Shown here piece after piece: positions 1 through 11,266 of a stretch of 64,000 nt of DNA. Numbering within the stretch: the stretch's first letter is position 1; each line of letters starts with the position of its first letter. The stretch spans positions 576,001 through 640,000 of the forward strand of contig CAWCNS010000004.1 in the NCBI GenBank assembly GCA_963796965.1. Direction: 5' to 3'. The translations under genes and the position numbers were made by a program. A model generated the notes under the pieces. That model was not told where the DNA came from, did not search any database, and saw only the letters and a program-made list of their open reading frames with translations. The stretch comes from Calditrichia bacterium. Lineage in GTDB: Bacteria > Calditrichota > Calditrichia > JAJRVZ01.

Positions 1-1
1 C

Positions 2-1316
2 GAGAGTGGTTGCCGGGGTATTGCTCTGGATATTGAATATGTGGGTGAACAATATGATATGGATTGGGAAGGTTATGACTATTCTACTTATACTCAATGT
101 GAGTTGCAAACGGCAGCAATTAAACGGGGCCGGGAAATCGTGGAGGCTATGCTCAGTGCCTATCCGGATATGGTTTTTCTAAAATTACCTGAAGGCATAA
201 CCTTTTATGGCCCTCTGGCCGGTAATCTTTTTACCGGGATGGTACAGGCAATGGCTAAATCTGATGCTCCCGGTGGAATGCATATGTTGACAGAGTCTAC
301 GTATGATATGACGAGCACATTAGGCCTTATTCATTATGCCCGTACGTTAGAATCTAAAGTCTTAAATATGTTAGATAGCAAAAGTGCCGATTACTGGAAA
401 AAAAATTGCGGAATAGTTCTCGGTGGCTGGCCCCTCGGTTATTACCGCAAAATTTTAGATCAAAATGGTGAATTTTTGGGTTGGAGCGGACGCGAGGAAA
501 CATTTGGTAACGAGATTGTAGGATCCTATGCTGATAAGAGCAGTCGTTTCTCAGTGGAGGAATTCCGCAATCAATACGCCGGGATTTTACTTGGCAGTAA
601 ACGATACTGCTGGATTTATGGACATGGGGCTACCTGGTGGCAATATTCTGAAGAGGATATTCAAAAATTTGGTAAAAATAAAAATTCAGTTTTAGCTCGT
701 TGATGAGAATCTTCCTGCCTATAAAACGGTGGTCAAAGATAAATGGCTGTCAACGGCTGCGATCCAAACAATCGCTGAAAAAATGAAAACCCAATCGGCT
801 GACGAATTTATCTCTTCTTTTAATTTTGTCAATAAATTTATGGTCTGTGGATCCTTTGGGTGCAAAGCCTGTGAAAATTTTGGACAAATATTTCCCCCTG
901 AAGAAAAAATTGAATTCCCGGCAAATTATACGACTAAATATGGCGAAATTAGCTGGAAAAAGATTGATATAGATCCTCAAACCGGATACCTGGACTTTCT
1001 GAAACATTTTAAACCGACTGAATGGGTATGTGCTTATGCTTATTGCAAAATAATTACAGCGAATTCTGTCAAAGCACAAATTCGTCTTGGAACAAATGAT
1101 ATGGGTGCCTTGTGGTTAAACGGTACCCAAGTACTTTCTCAGAATATTGAGCGAACTGCTGTGCTGGATGATGACATCCTGCCAGTTCAATTGCAGACTG
1201 GTGAAAATACGCTTCTAATAAAAGTCTGCAATACAGAGGGTAACTGGGGATTATATCTGCGAATTACAGATCCTGAAGGTAATGCTTTGCCAGGATTAAG
1301 TTATTGGCCCAGGTGA
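2..1316 (+). CDS. 3' part of an uncharacterised, probably carbohydrate-active protein with a C-terminal beta-sandwich (PA14-like) domain; one frameshift near 700
   Basis: Frame is open from base 2 (ESGCRGIALDIEY...). ORFs 41..703 and 729..1316 join across one indel. The C-terminal AYAY...LGTNDMGALWLNG...GENTLLIKV...LRITDPEG module recurs in the 42054 gene. Confidence 0.6.
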
Positions 1317-1570
1317 GAAAGTAATATGAATTGAAATACCTGCATGATTTCAGCACATCTTGCTCTTATATTTTTTGCCCAATGTGGTCTTGGTGAGCAT
1401 GCGGATTTTGAGGTCCTCGTCGAAACGGAAGAATCTGTTTATCACTATGAACCTGCTTATATCGGAGCTTATCCGATGTGGTACCTCTTCATCTGATATC
1501 ATAGATGTTTTAAGTGATAATGGCGCAAATAACAAGCGCTATATATGTATCAAAATAAAAGGAGAATAGT

Positions 1571-4283
1571 ATGTCTAAGTATACAATTGTGATCTTAATT
1601 TTATTTATGGGATGTGAATTAAAACGTTCGGTAGAAACATTACAGCCACCGGGACGGAATCGATATTGTGAAGTAATTGTAGGGGGAGAAAGTGTTCTTC
1701 CCAGCGGTCGAATTGTAAAGCCAATAGGTAAGGTTGTAAGAATCACCCACGACCCCTTTGGGCTGGCCTTATCGCCCGATGGTTCAAAGGCCCTGGCGAT
1801 TCACAGTAGCGTTCTTACTGTTTTTGAAACGGACCGTGTCACCGGTGCGATCCGACTGCCCTCTTATGATAAGAAATTAAAAAATCCGTTTGAGGGCAAA
1901 GGCTCCTTTATGGGTGCTGCGATTGTCGGGGACAACAGTAAGGCTTATCTGAGTGGCGGAGATAGTGGAGATATTATTGTATTTAATATGAATTCATTGG
2001 AAAGCGAAAAACGGATTTCAATCAATGGCATAAGCGGTGGTAAAAAATATGAAGATAGTTTTGTTGGGGACATCCTTTTATCAAAAGATGAAAGTACACT
2101 TTATATCCTCGATCAGTTTAATTTCCGATTTGTCATTTTTGACTTGCAGAAAAATATGATCAGCCGCAGTGTTCCAGTCGGACGTTTTCCTTTCGGATTA
2201 GATATCTCGCCAGATGGAGATTTTGCCTATATCGCTAATGTCGGTATTTATGATTATCCGCTGGCCCCGGGTTTAAAACCGGATAATTTGGAAGAAACAG
2301 GACTTGATTTTCCGCCTTATGGGATCCCATCGGAAGAGGCCGAAAAAGGTGTTATTGTTGACGGCAGAAAGATCCCCGGTCTGGGTAGTCCACATGTCCC
2401 GGAGGCGGTCTCTGTTTATACGCTTGATCTGAAAACCTATGAGATTATTGCCCGTGAAAAAACTGGTTACAGGATGGGAGAGATGGTGGAGGGCCTGGAG
2501 GTTGAAGGTGGTGCAAGTCCTAATTCCATTGCTGCCGGTAAAGAAAAGGTATTTGTGAGCAATGCAACCAATGATAATATTTCTGTTTTGGATAAAAAAT
2601 CAGGGAAAATTATTGGTACCATTCCATTACAACTGGATCCGCGTATTAATAATTACCGTGGGATGATTCCTTTTGGATTGGTCCTTAGCCATGATGAATC
2701 GCGCCTTTACATCGCTTTAAGTGGTCTCAATGCCATTGCTGTTGTAGAGACAGAAAAGTATCAAGTGCTCGGCTATATCCCAACCGGTTGGTTTCCCACT
2801 AAATTGCAGATATCACCTGATGATAAAATTCTTTATGTTGTTACTGCCCGCGGTCATGGTGCAGGTCCAAACGGGGGAGAAAAATTTACTGCCCCCATAC
2901 AGGGAACATATGTCGGTGATATTATGCTGGGTACTTTTGAAATAAAAAATTTAGATGAGATTGATTTGAACGCATCAACGGAACAGGTTAAAAAGTATAC
3001 CTTCCAATCAATAAAAGTTAAGGATGACGGTGGCAATCCCCTGCCGCCGGTGCCAGGCCTTCGTAAAAGTCCCATTAAGCATATCGTTTATATCACCAAA
3101 GAAAATCGTACCTATGATGAGGTATATGGTCAGTTAACGACTGGTCGCGGTGACGCTACTTTGGCCAGATATGGTGAGGAGGTCAGTTTTAGCAACCGGA
3201 ATGGTTCAAATAAAGTTGAAAAGGCAACGATTATGCCCAATCATCAGAAAATCGCCCGGGAATTTGCTATTAGTGATAATTTTTACTGCGATTCCGATGC
3301 GTCGGTACACGGTCATCGCTGGATGGTTGGAACCTATCCCAACGAATGGGTGGAAATAAACAGTTCTATGCGCATGTCCCGAAAGGTCTTCAGTACAGCA
3401 CCCGGTAGAAAATATGTGGCAGGTAGTTCCGGTGCTGTCTATCCGGAAGATTATAACGAAGCGGGTGGCATGTGGGAACATCTGGCTCGTAATGGTATCA
3501 GTTTTTTTAATTTTGGCCTGGGTTTTGAATTCTCAGCGGCTGCAGAAGAACAATGGCATAAATACAGTGGGGTAAAAATGGCTGTGATGTTTCCAATGCC
3601 AAAGCCACTATATGACCGAACTTCAAGAAAATTTGCCACCTATAATACCAGCGTGCCAGATCAATTTCGCATCGATATGTTTGAAGAGGAACTAAGGGAT
3701 AAATGGCTTTCCGGTAAAGAAGAGTTCCCGGCGTTGATTACAATGATGATCCCCAATGATCATGGAGCAGGTGAGAGACCGGAAGATGGTTATCCCTTTA
3801 AAGAATCCTATATGGCCGATAACGATTTGGCTTTGGGACGCGTGTTGCACATCCTCAGCCGCACAAAATGGTGGAAAGATATGCTCATCATTGTAACCGA
3901 AGATGATGCTCAGGATGGTCGTGACCATATTGATGGTCATCGGTCACTTTTGATGATGATAAGCCCTTGGGTTAAAAGAGGGTTCGTTTCAAACACCCAT
4001 GCTAATTTTGGTGCTATTCTTAAGACAATCTATCATATACTCGATATACCACCCCTGAATCAATTTGATGCTACGGCTAGTCTTGCTCCAGGACTTTTTT
4101 ACAGAGGTACCTGACGTGACACCATTTTCAGTAGAAATGGTTGATAAGCGGGTCTTTGATCCTCAGAAGGCGCTTGATCCTTATGATGTCAATTTTCGTT
4201 GGGAATCTCTAAGAGAGTCCCCTGAAATAGATAATGAGGCCGATTTTCGTGAAAGCCATCAGGGGCAAACGGGTAAAAATTGA
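1571..4283 (+). CDS. YncE/YVTN beta-propeller fused to a phosphoesterase (alkaline-phosphatase superfamily) domain; probable lipoprotein; frameshift near 4082
   Basis: RBS ggag at 1561, lipobox-like FMGC, propeller repeats (VPVGRFP, IPTGWFP), KENRTYDE, MIPNDHG and EDDAQDGRDHIDGHRS motifs. The C-terminus continues in ORF 4065..4283. Confidence 0.85.
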
Positions 4284-4296
4284 CCGAATAAAAAAT

Positions 4297-4458
4297 TTTT
4301 ACCGCAAAGACGCTAAGTTCGCAAAGAAAAAATATAATTTAATATTGATTTAATACAGATCTATAATATTAAATTAATGATTGAGACTTAGCACAATTAA
4401 TAACCGAATAATATTTTCTCTGCGTGCTTTGCGGATTCTTCGCGTCTTTGCGGTAAAA
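4297..4458. repeat. MITE-like element, family A (CGCAAAG...CTTTGCG arms)
   Basis: Perfect 17-bp inverted repeat ttttaccgcaaagacgc (4297-4313) / gcgtctttgcggtaaaa (4442-4458) around an AT-rich core. Confidence 0.85.
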
Positions 4459-4531
4459 TGCGATGTAAATAATATAATTATATTCTATTTATTGATTTCT
4501 TGTTTATTATGAATACCACCTGGAGGAATTT

Positions 4532-5734
4532 TTGGTTAAAATTATAAATACTCTGATACTTCTGGTCCTGCCTTTATTTAGTTTCGGCTTTTCTGATAAT
4601 TCTATTATTGAGCCATACCTTTTAAACGTTACCCCAACCTCAATCCAGATACATTGGGAAGTTGAGGCGGGACAATCGATGGTTAAATATGGTCAAAACA
4701 AAACATTAGAGAACGAAATCATAATCCAGGGAAAATCCCGAAAACAGCATGCTGAATTAAATGGACTTGAGAAGGACACACAATATTATTATCAGGTAGA
4801 AAACGGTTATCAAATTTTTGGACCACATACCTTTAGAACAGCACCAACTGGAGAAAAAAGAATCACATTTTGTGCCTATGGTGATAATCGCATAAAAGAT
4901 ACTTCTTTTAAATATCCACATCCTCATGGGCAGATTATTGCTGGCATACAACGAGATCATCCCGATTTTTTTATAAATACCGGTGATATATTTAAAACGG
5001 GTGTTGATACAAGTCTTTTCATGGAAGATTTTTTTCTGGGAGCAAAGGAATTAATTGCCAGTACACCGATGTTTTTGGCCATTGGTAACCATGAATACAT
5101 TGGAGATCCTAAAGCCAGGGCAACAAAAAAATATTTCTCATTTCCCGAAGACCGGACCTGGTATCAGGTAGAATATGGAAATGTGCAATTCCTTTTTTTG
5201 GACTCGACGTATTTGCTCTATAAATGGAATGATAAAGGTCGGATAAAAAAATCTTCAGCCGAGATCTCGAATGATAAACAACTCCAGTGGCTAGAAAATA
5301 AACTCCTCGAATCAAAATCCGGATGGCGAATTGTAGTTTTACATCATCATATATTTAGTTCCGGTATTTTTGGAATTGATAGTCTACTGGTCCAGAACCT
5401 TGTCCCCCTTTTGGAAAAATATGATGTAGATTTGGTGCTGGGTGGTCACGAGCATAATTATGAGCGAAGTGTTAAGAATGGGATTACTTATATTCTAACC
5501 GGGGGTGGGGGGAGTTATTTACGACCCGTGAATATAAATAAAAATCCATATCAAAAATCTGCTGTAGCAGAATTCCATCATGTACGAATTACAGTCGAAG
5601 GGAATCAGCTTCTTGGTGCCACTTTCTGTGATGTGGACCGGCGGTCCATTTCCGATTATTCCTCTGAACATAAATTAGAAACACCCAGGTTTGCTGTCGG
5701 GGATGTCATCGATAAGTTCGAGATAATACATTGA
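4532..5734 (+). CDS. Purple acid phosphatase-like metallophosphoesterase with an N-terminal FN3-type domain
   Basis: Signal peptide; YGD, TGD, GNHE, HH and GHEHNYER metallophosphoesterase motifs; RBS ggagg. Confidence 0.9.
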   Translation: MVKIINTLILLVLPLFSFGFSDNSIIEPYLLNVTPTSIQIHWEVEAGQSMVKYGQNKTLENEIIIQGKSRKQHAELNGLEKDTQYYYQVENGYQIFGPHTFRTAPTGEKRITFCAYGDNRIKDTSFKYPHPHGQIIAGIQRDHPDFFINTGDIFKTGVDTSLFMEDFFLGAKELIASTPMFLAIGNHEYIGDPKARATKKYFSFPEDRTWYQVEYGNVQFLFLDSTYLLYKWNDKGRIKKSSAEISNDKQLQWLENKLLESKSGWRIVVLHHHIFSSGIFGIDSLLVQNLVPLLEKYDVDLVLGGHEHNYERSVKNGITYILTGGGGSYLRPVNINKNPYQKSAVAEFHHVRITVEGNQLLGATFCDVDRRSISDYSSEHKLETPRFAVGDVIDKFEIIH

Positions 5735-5774
5735 TTTTCATTTAGACATCTTTCTTCATCCGGGCAGTATAACA

Positions 5775-5998
5775 AACCGTAAAGACGCAAGGCCCCGATA
5801 TATACATCTGCATCGTGCAGATTTATCGGGATGAAATCATCCAAGATTTCAAAGACGCTAGGTTTGCAAAGATATATATTATTAAAATTTTAAAGAATCT
5901 GCACTTTCAAACTAATGAATTTGACATTGCACGATTAAAAATTATATATATTTATTTCTCTGCGTTCTTTGCGGAAACTTTGCGTTTTTGCGTTAAAA
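5775..5998. repeat. Family A element with a hairpin inserted in its left arm
   Basis: Left arm aaccgtaaagacgcaag...caaagacgctaggtttgcaaag. Right arm tttctctgcgttctttgcggaaactttgcgtttttgcgttaaaa closely resembles 4415-4458. Confidence 0.8.
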
Positions 5999-6046
5999 AT
6001 CTACTTTGCACACACAAGTTGTTTTCCGATGAAAGGGAAAATTTAA

Positions 6047-7414
6047 ATGAATAAGTTCTTGGTTTTTTGCATCTTAATATTGTTCAATTATCCTTCTGTA
6101 CAGGCTGATTCCCCACAAATGAAACCAAATATAATTTTTATCATGGCCGATGATTTGGGTTATGCTGATCTGGGTTGCTATGGTCAAAAAATGATAGTGA
6201 CACCTTATATCGACCAACTGGCAAAAGAAGGAACACGGTATACCCAGGTTTATTCCGGTGCAACCGTATGCGCACCTTCACGCAGCTGCCTGATGACCGG
6301 GACACATGGTGGGCATACACGGGTGAGAGATAATATTCCTCATGGTGTTTTTCTTCAACCAGATGACATCACAGTAGCAGAGGTGCTAAAAAAAGCTGGT
6401 TACAAAACCTGTGGAATTGGTAAATGGAGTCTTGGAAATCCGGGTTCATGGGGCATTCCCATCTACCAGGGTTTTGATGAATATTTTGGTCAGTTAAATC
6501 AGGACCAGGCTCATTTCTACTACCCGAACTATCTTTGGGACAATGAGAAAGTGAAACTTCTTTTTGGTAACAGAGGGGGTGAAATGGTTCAATACACCCA
6601 TGATCTGTTTACCGAACGGGCCCTGGATTTTATCAACCGTCATAAACAGCAACATTTCTTTCTTTATCTGGCCTATACGATTCCTCATTATTCAGACTAC
6701 GATCAGCAATCGCCTCTTTCACAGATCGTTCCAAGCGATGAGCCTTATTCTGATAAAGACTGGCCCCAGGTGGAAAAAAATTATGCGGCGATGGTTACAC
6801 GTATGGATAAAGATGTAGGCAGGATTATGAAGTTACTCAATGATCTGGGTCTTGATAGCAATACAATTGTATTTTTTACAAGTGATAATGGCCCCTGTGA
6901 CTGTTGTTCCCATGATGTGGAATTCTTTGAAAGTAATGGAAAGTTACGGGGGGTCAAACGCGAGATGTATGAAGGGGGTATTCGTATCCCGATGATTGTA
7001 CGCTGGCCAGGGAAAGTTCCGGCGGAACGTGAAAGTGATGCACTCTGGGCATTCTGGGATTTTTTACCAACCGTTGAAGAATTAGCCGGGTTACCACCTT
7101 CAAAGAACATCGATGGCATATCTTTTTTGAATGAGATGTTAGGAAAAACTCAGACAAAACAACATGAATACCTGTACTGGGATTATGGACATGTTCGGGA
7201 TACCTATATGCAAGCCATAAGGATGGGCAAATGGAAGGGGATCAGACTGGGGAGCGGAACCGCAATAGAACTCTATGATTTAAATAATGATATTGGAGAA
7301 AATCATAATGTGGCCGAGGCAAATCCCAAGGTTGTAAAGCAAATAGAAGAAAAAATGAAGGAGGCCTATGTGGCTTCGGGGGATTATCCGATAGGTGGGA
7401 AATACTGTGAATGA
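6047..7414 (+). CDS. Arylsulfatase (formylglycine-dependent, Cys-type)
   Basis: Signal peptide; PNIIFIMADDLGY; CAPSR (CxPxR) motif; GKW; SDNG; YEGGIRIP. Confidence 0.95.
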   Translation: MNKFLVFCILILFNYPSVQADSPQMKPNIIFIMADDLGYADLGCYGQKMIVTPYIDQLAKEGTRYTQVYSGATVCAPSRSCLMTGTHGGHTRVRDNIPHGVFLQPDDITVAEVLKKAGYKTCGIGKWSLGNPGSWGIPIYQGFDEYFGQLNQDQAHFYYPNYLWDNEKVKLLFGNRGGEMVQYTHDLFTERALDFINRHKQQHFFLYLAYTIPHYSDYDQQSPLSQIVPSDEPYSDKDWPQVEKNYAAMVTRMDKDVGRIMKLLNDLGLDSNTIVFFTSDNGPCDCCSHDVEFFESNGKLRGVKREMYEGGIRIPMIVRWPGKVPAERESDALWAFWDFLPTVEELAGLPPSKNIDGISFLNEMLGKTQTKQHEYLYWDYGHVRDTYMQAIRMGKWKGIRLGSGTAIELYDLNNDIGENHNVAEANPKVVKQIEEKMKEAYVASGDYPIGGKYCE

Positions 7415-7432
7415 TGAACGGTCAATTGTAAG

Positions 7433-7474
7433 AATCAATACTCAATATTTAATAATCAATATTCAATTTTCAAC
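7433..7474. repeat. Degenerate heptamer tandem array (nnTCAAT), family C
   Basis: aatcaat actcaat atttaat aatcaat attcaat tttcaac. Confidence 0.7.
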
Positions 7475-7495
7475 TTTCGGGATTGGAGGGGCGAA

Positions 7496-9063
7496 ATGGT
7501 AAGATCTTTTTTAAAGTTCTATATTGTAGGACTTATTTGTGTAACCAGTACAAATCTTTTAGGTGATCAAATGGAAAAAAACACTTTACTTATAAATGCA
7601 AATGGCGGAGAGTATAAAATAAGCAAACATATCTATGGACATTTTGCTGAACATTTGGGTCGTTGCATATATGAGGGCATTTATGTTGGAGAGGATTCTT
7701 CGATCCCCAATATCCGCGGTATTCGCAAAGATGTTCTAAATGCATTAAAGGAAATTAAAGTGCCTGTTTTGCGTTGGCCCGGTGGTTGTTTTGCTGACAC
7801 GTATCACTGGAAGGATGGGATCGGACCTAAGGAGAACCGGCCTTCCATGGTGAATATTCATTGGGGAAATGTAACAGAAGATAATAGTTTTGGCACCCAT
7901 GAGTTTATGGATCTTTGTGAACTCCTCGAATGCGAACCCTATATCTGTGGAAATATTGGTTCCGGTACTGTACAGGAGATGGCGGAATGGATTGAGTATC
8001 TTACTTCACCTGCAGAATCCCGATGACCGAACTACGTAAAAAGAATGGACGAAACGAACCCTGGCAAGTAAAATTCTGGGGATTGGGTAACGAAGTCTGG
8101 GGATGTGGTGGCAGAATGGATGTAGATCATTATGTGAATGTGGGAGCAAACTATGCTGCTTTTTGCAGAAATTATCCTGGAAATAGGCTGTATAAAATCG
8201 CTTGTGGCGGCTATGGATGGCGGGATAATTATGAATGGACAGAGGTCTTGATGAAGGAAGGCCGCCGACGCATGGGATTTCAGGCCCATGCTATTCATTA
8301 TTATACATCGGATGGGCAGAAGAAAACACGTTATAAGGCAACGGAATTTGAGGAGGATGGCTGGTTTGATGTACTTCAGGGAACGTTGAAAATGGAGGAA
8401 ATACTTAAACAGAATGTGGCCATTATGGATCGCTACGATCCGGAGAATGAAGTGGATATGATCATAGATGAATGGGGAACCTGGCATTATGTGGAAGAAG
8501 GAACAAATCCCCGCTTCTTATTTATGCAGAACTCTCTTCGGGATGCCCTGGTTGCCGGATTAAATCTGAATATATTTAATAATTTTTGTGAGCGATTGTA
8601 TATGGCCAATATAGCCCAAACGGTGAATGTTCTGCAGGCAATGGTACTCACAAAAGATGAGCAAATGGTACGCACACCCACTTTCTATGTATATAAGATG
8701 TTTATCCCACATCATGAAGCCACTATGCTACCGACACAGTTAACTTGTGGAGATTATCAATATGGGGAAGATAAAATTCCTGCGATGAATGCATCAGCAT
8801 CAATCGATGATAATGGTAAGATACATATCTCAATAGTAAATGTAGATCCTGGTAATACTAAAAATCTTGAATGTATGGTATATGGGAAGAAAATTTCAAA
8901 GATTAGCGGACAGATCTTAACCGGAGAAGCAATCACCTCCTATAATGATTTTGGTAAAACAGAAGAAGTGATGATAAAGGAATTTAATAATGTACAACTA
9001 GAGGATGATATACTAAGCGTAACTATACCCTCAAAATCGATCATCATGTTGGAACTCAATTAA
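7496..9063 (+). CDS. Alpha-L-arabinofuranosidase, GH51; frameshift near 8020
   Basis: [25 protein letters not shown] (acid/base), DEWG (nucleophile), [12 protein letters not shown]. ORFs 7496..8026 and 8023..9063. Confidence 0.95.
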
Positions 9064-9075
9064 GCAGACGATTCG

Positions 9076-9330
9076 TGTCACGAAGTTAAACGAAGGATTA
9101 AGGAAGTGTCATGAAGAATTACTAGTTCTAATATTTGTCAGTAGAAGATCCAATTAATACACAAATATGATTTAATAATGTCTTGAAATGATTCACCTTT
9201 GTCACCCTAAACTTGTTTCAGGATCTCAATAAGATTCTATAAGATTTCGAGACAAGTTCGGAATGACGATGTCTTTTTCTTTAAAAAAACTTTTTGGAGC
9301 TTCGTGCGATCTTTGTTTTACTTCGCGATA
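9076..9330. repeat. CACGAAG...CTTCGTG element with a nested GTCA...TGAC REP doublet (family D) at 9201-9267
   Basis: Outer arms tgtcacgaagttaaacgaag / cttcgtgcgatctttgttttacttcgcgata. Inner gtcaccctaaacttgtttcaggatct ... agatttcgagacaagttcggaatgac. Confidence 0.8.
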
Positions 9331-9402
9331 GATCTTTCATTTGTCGGCGAATGAATATGTTTAGAATTTTTGATATTATCTAAATAGAAATCTGGAGGAA
9401 AA

Positions 9403-10937
9403 ATGAAAATAGTCATCTCATTATTGTTTTTTATTAGTATTACAGCAGCATTATTCTCACAGGAAATAGCACCTTCTGAATTAGAACGCAAGAAAGTGGT
9501 TGAAAAGAAAGATAAAAAAGGTTTGCGATTTAAAACTACAGCCGTTATTGAAAAATCAAAAAAAATGCTTGAAATACCGGAAAGCGTAAAACATCTCAAT
9601 GATTTTAGCGTGGCCAAAACCCCTCCTTCTATTGAGTTTGTTATTGTACCATTTGAGAATCGATTTCACCCAACGGTTCCTGAGGGATATTTTCATGGTG
9701 TCTGGTCCAACTGGTCGCAAGGTACTTATCATGTTTCAACAAAAACTTTTTATTCGTCTGTAGGTAGTCATGGATTTTATAAACCACGTCTTTATTTAGT
9801 GAAATATGATACTCAAACAAAAACGATTGAATCCTTACCGGAAATCAATGAAGTTCTTGGTCGGGCGGATTCCAAATTTGGAGATGGTAAGATACATGGT
9901 TGGTTAGATTTCTATAATGGGTCTGATCTTTATTTTTGTACTTACTGGTGCCAATATCCGGAACCATCCGAGGAAGAGTTTCAAAGTGGGTATGAAGGCG
10001 GGTTGATCATGAATTATAATGTGATTACCGGTAAATTTTCCAATTTTGGTGTGCCCATGCCACGATCATCCTGGCCCTATCATCGAATGGATACAAAAAG
10101 AGGTTTGATGTTTGCTGTGGGTATGTTTGGTGAATTTATGTGCTATGATATACCGAACCGACAGATTCGTTTTGCCGGCTATCTGCCGGAAGGAATGCGC
10201 TGGTTCTGGCGAACCATGCTGGTTGACGAAGAAACGGGTTTTGTATATTCGACCAACAATTTACCTTCTGACACAACGATAAATATTATCCGATATGATC
10301 CAGTAAAAAATAGGTTTTTTAAAATGAAAAGCACAGTACCGGCAAACCGTATCACTGGCAAGTACGGGACAAATGCGCGCACATACCAAAAATAAGACCA
10401 AGGAAGGATGGTTTATCGGTGTCGTTTCGGCTGATACCGCAGGCAGCGGTGGAGAAATATTTAAATTCTATCCTGACGAGGACCGGGTGGAAGATCTTGG
10501 CTTATGTTGGGCTGGCGAACATCGCTATACAGCCAGCCTGGCGATGAGTCCGGATGAAAAATATCGTTTATTATATCCCGGCGGCACATGGTAAAGCTCA
10601 TCTCGAGGGGACGCCGATGGTGCAGTTCAATCTCAGACAGATAAGCGTAAAGTGATTGCCTTTTTATTTCCATATTTTTATGATAAATATGGTTATATTC
10701 CCGGAGGGACCTTTTCCATAAACCTCGATGAGAAAGGGGAAAAATTGTTTATTTTATTCAATGGTGCATTTTGCGGAATATAATCCTAAAGGAGGAGATA
10801 CATTTGGTGATCCATCGGTTATGCTTATTCATATTCCTGAATCTGAGAGACAAAGACAAGACAATCGAGAGTTCGCGGAGTACGCAAAGAAGGATATCCA
10901 CGAATCATCCGTCTTCGCCGGATCAGGCTCAGACTGA
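9403..10937 (+). CDS. Secreted hypothetical protein, probably a beta-propeller; about four frameshifts between 10370 and 10770
   Basis: Signal peptide; GDGKIHG motif. Continuous coding can be traced through ORFs 9403, 10373 and 10728 to ...MLIHIPESER. The 3' end is uncertain because it runs into repeats. Confidence 0.65.
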
Positions 10938-11199
10938 CAGTAATTTTTTTGAATTAATAAAAGAAAGCAGAGAAACTGTAAGCAGAAAGCCGTGACCATT
11001 TTATACGAATTACATTAAGAAATGCGAAGTATTATTTTTGTCGATTTTGACTATGCTCCGATTTCATCGGGATTGTCATTATTAAATTCCTCAAAACATG
11101 TCAGTGCTTATATAATGTCCGCAATTATAAATCCTCTACGAGGATCATATGTTTGTGGGTTACGATTATTTACTACAAAAATAAAACCTCTACGAGGTT
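10868..11199. repeat. Composite repeat cluster: family A arm, family B arm with a 30-nt insert, a ccgatttcatcgg hairpin, and two cctctacgagg hairpins (family E)
   Basis: gagttcgcggagtacgcaaag; ccacgaatca+tccgtcttcgccggatcaggctcagactga; atcctctacgaggat (11131-11145); aacctctacgaggtt (11185-11199). Confidence 0.75.
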
Positions 11200-11266
11200 A
11201 ATAATCTAATTCGTTCTAATAGTATAAAAACTTTGATTCTATCATATGACAAAATGGGAGTGAACC

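Noticed and set aside
1400..1436. Hammerhead ribozyme suggested by cgaaac
   Set aside because: The CUGANGA core is absent.
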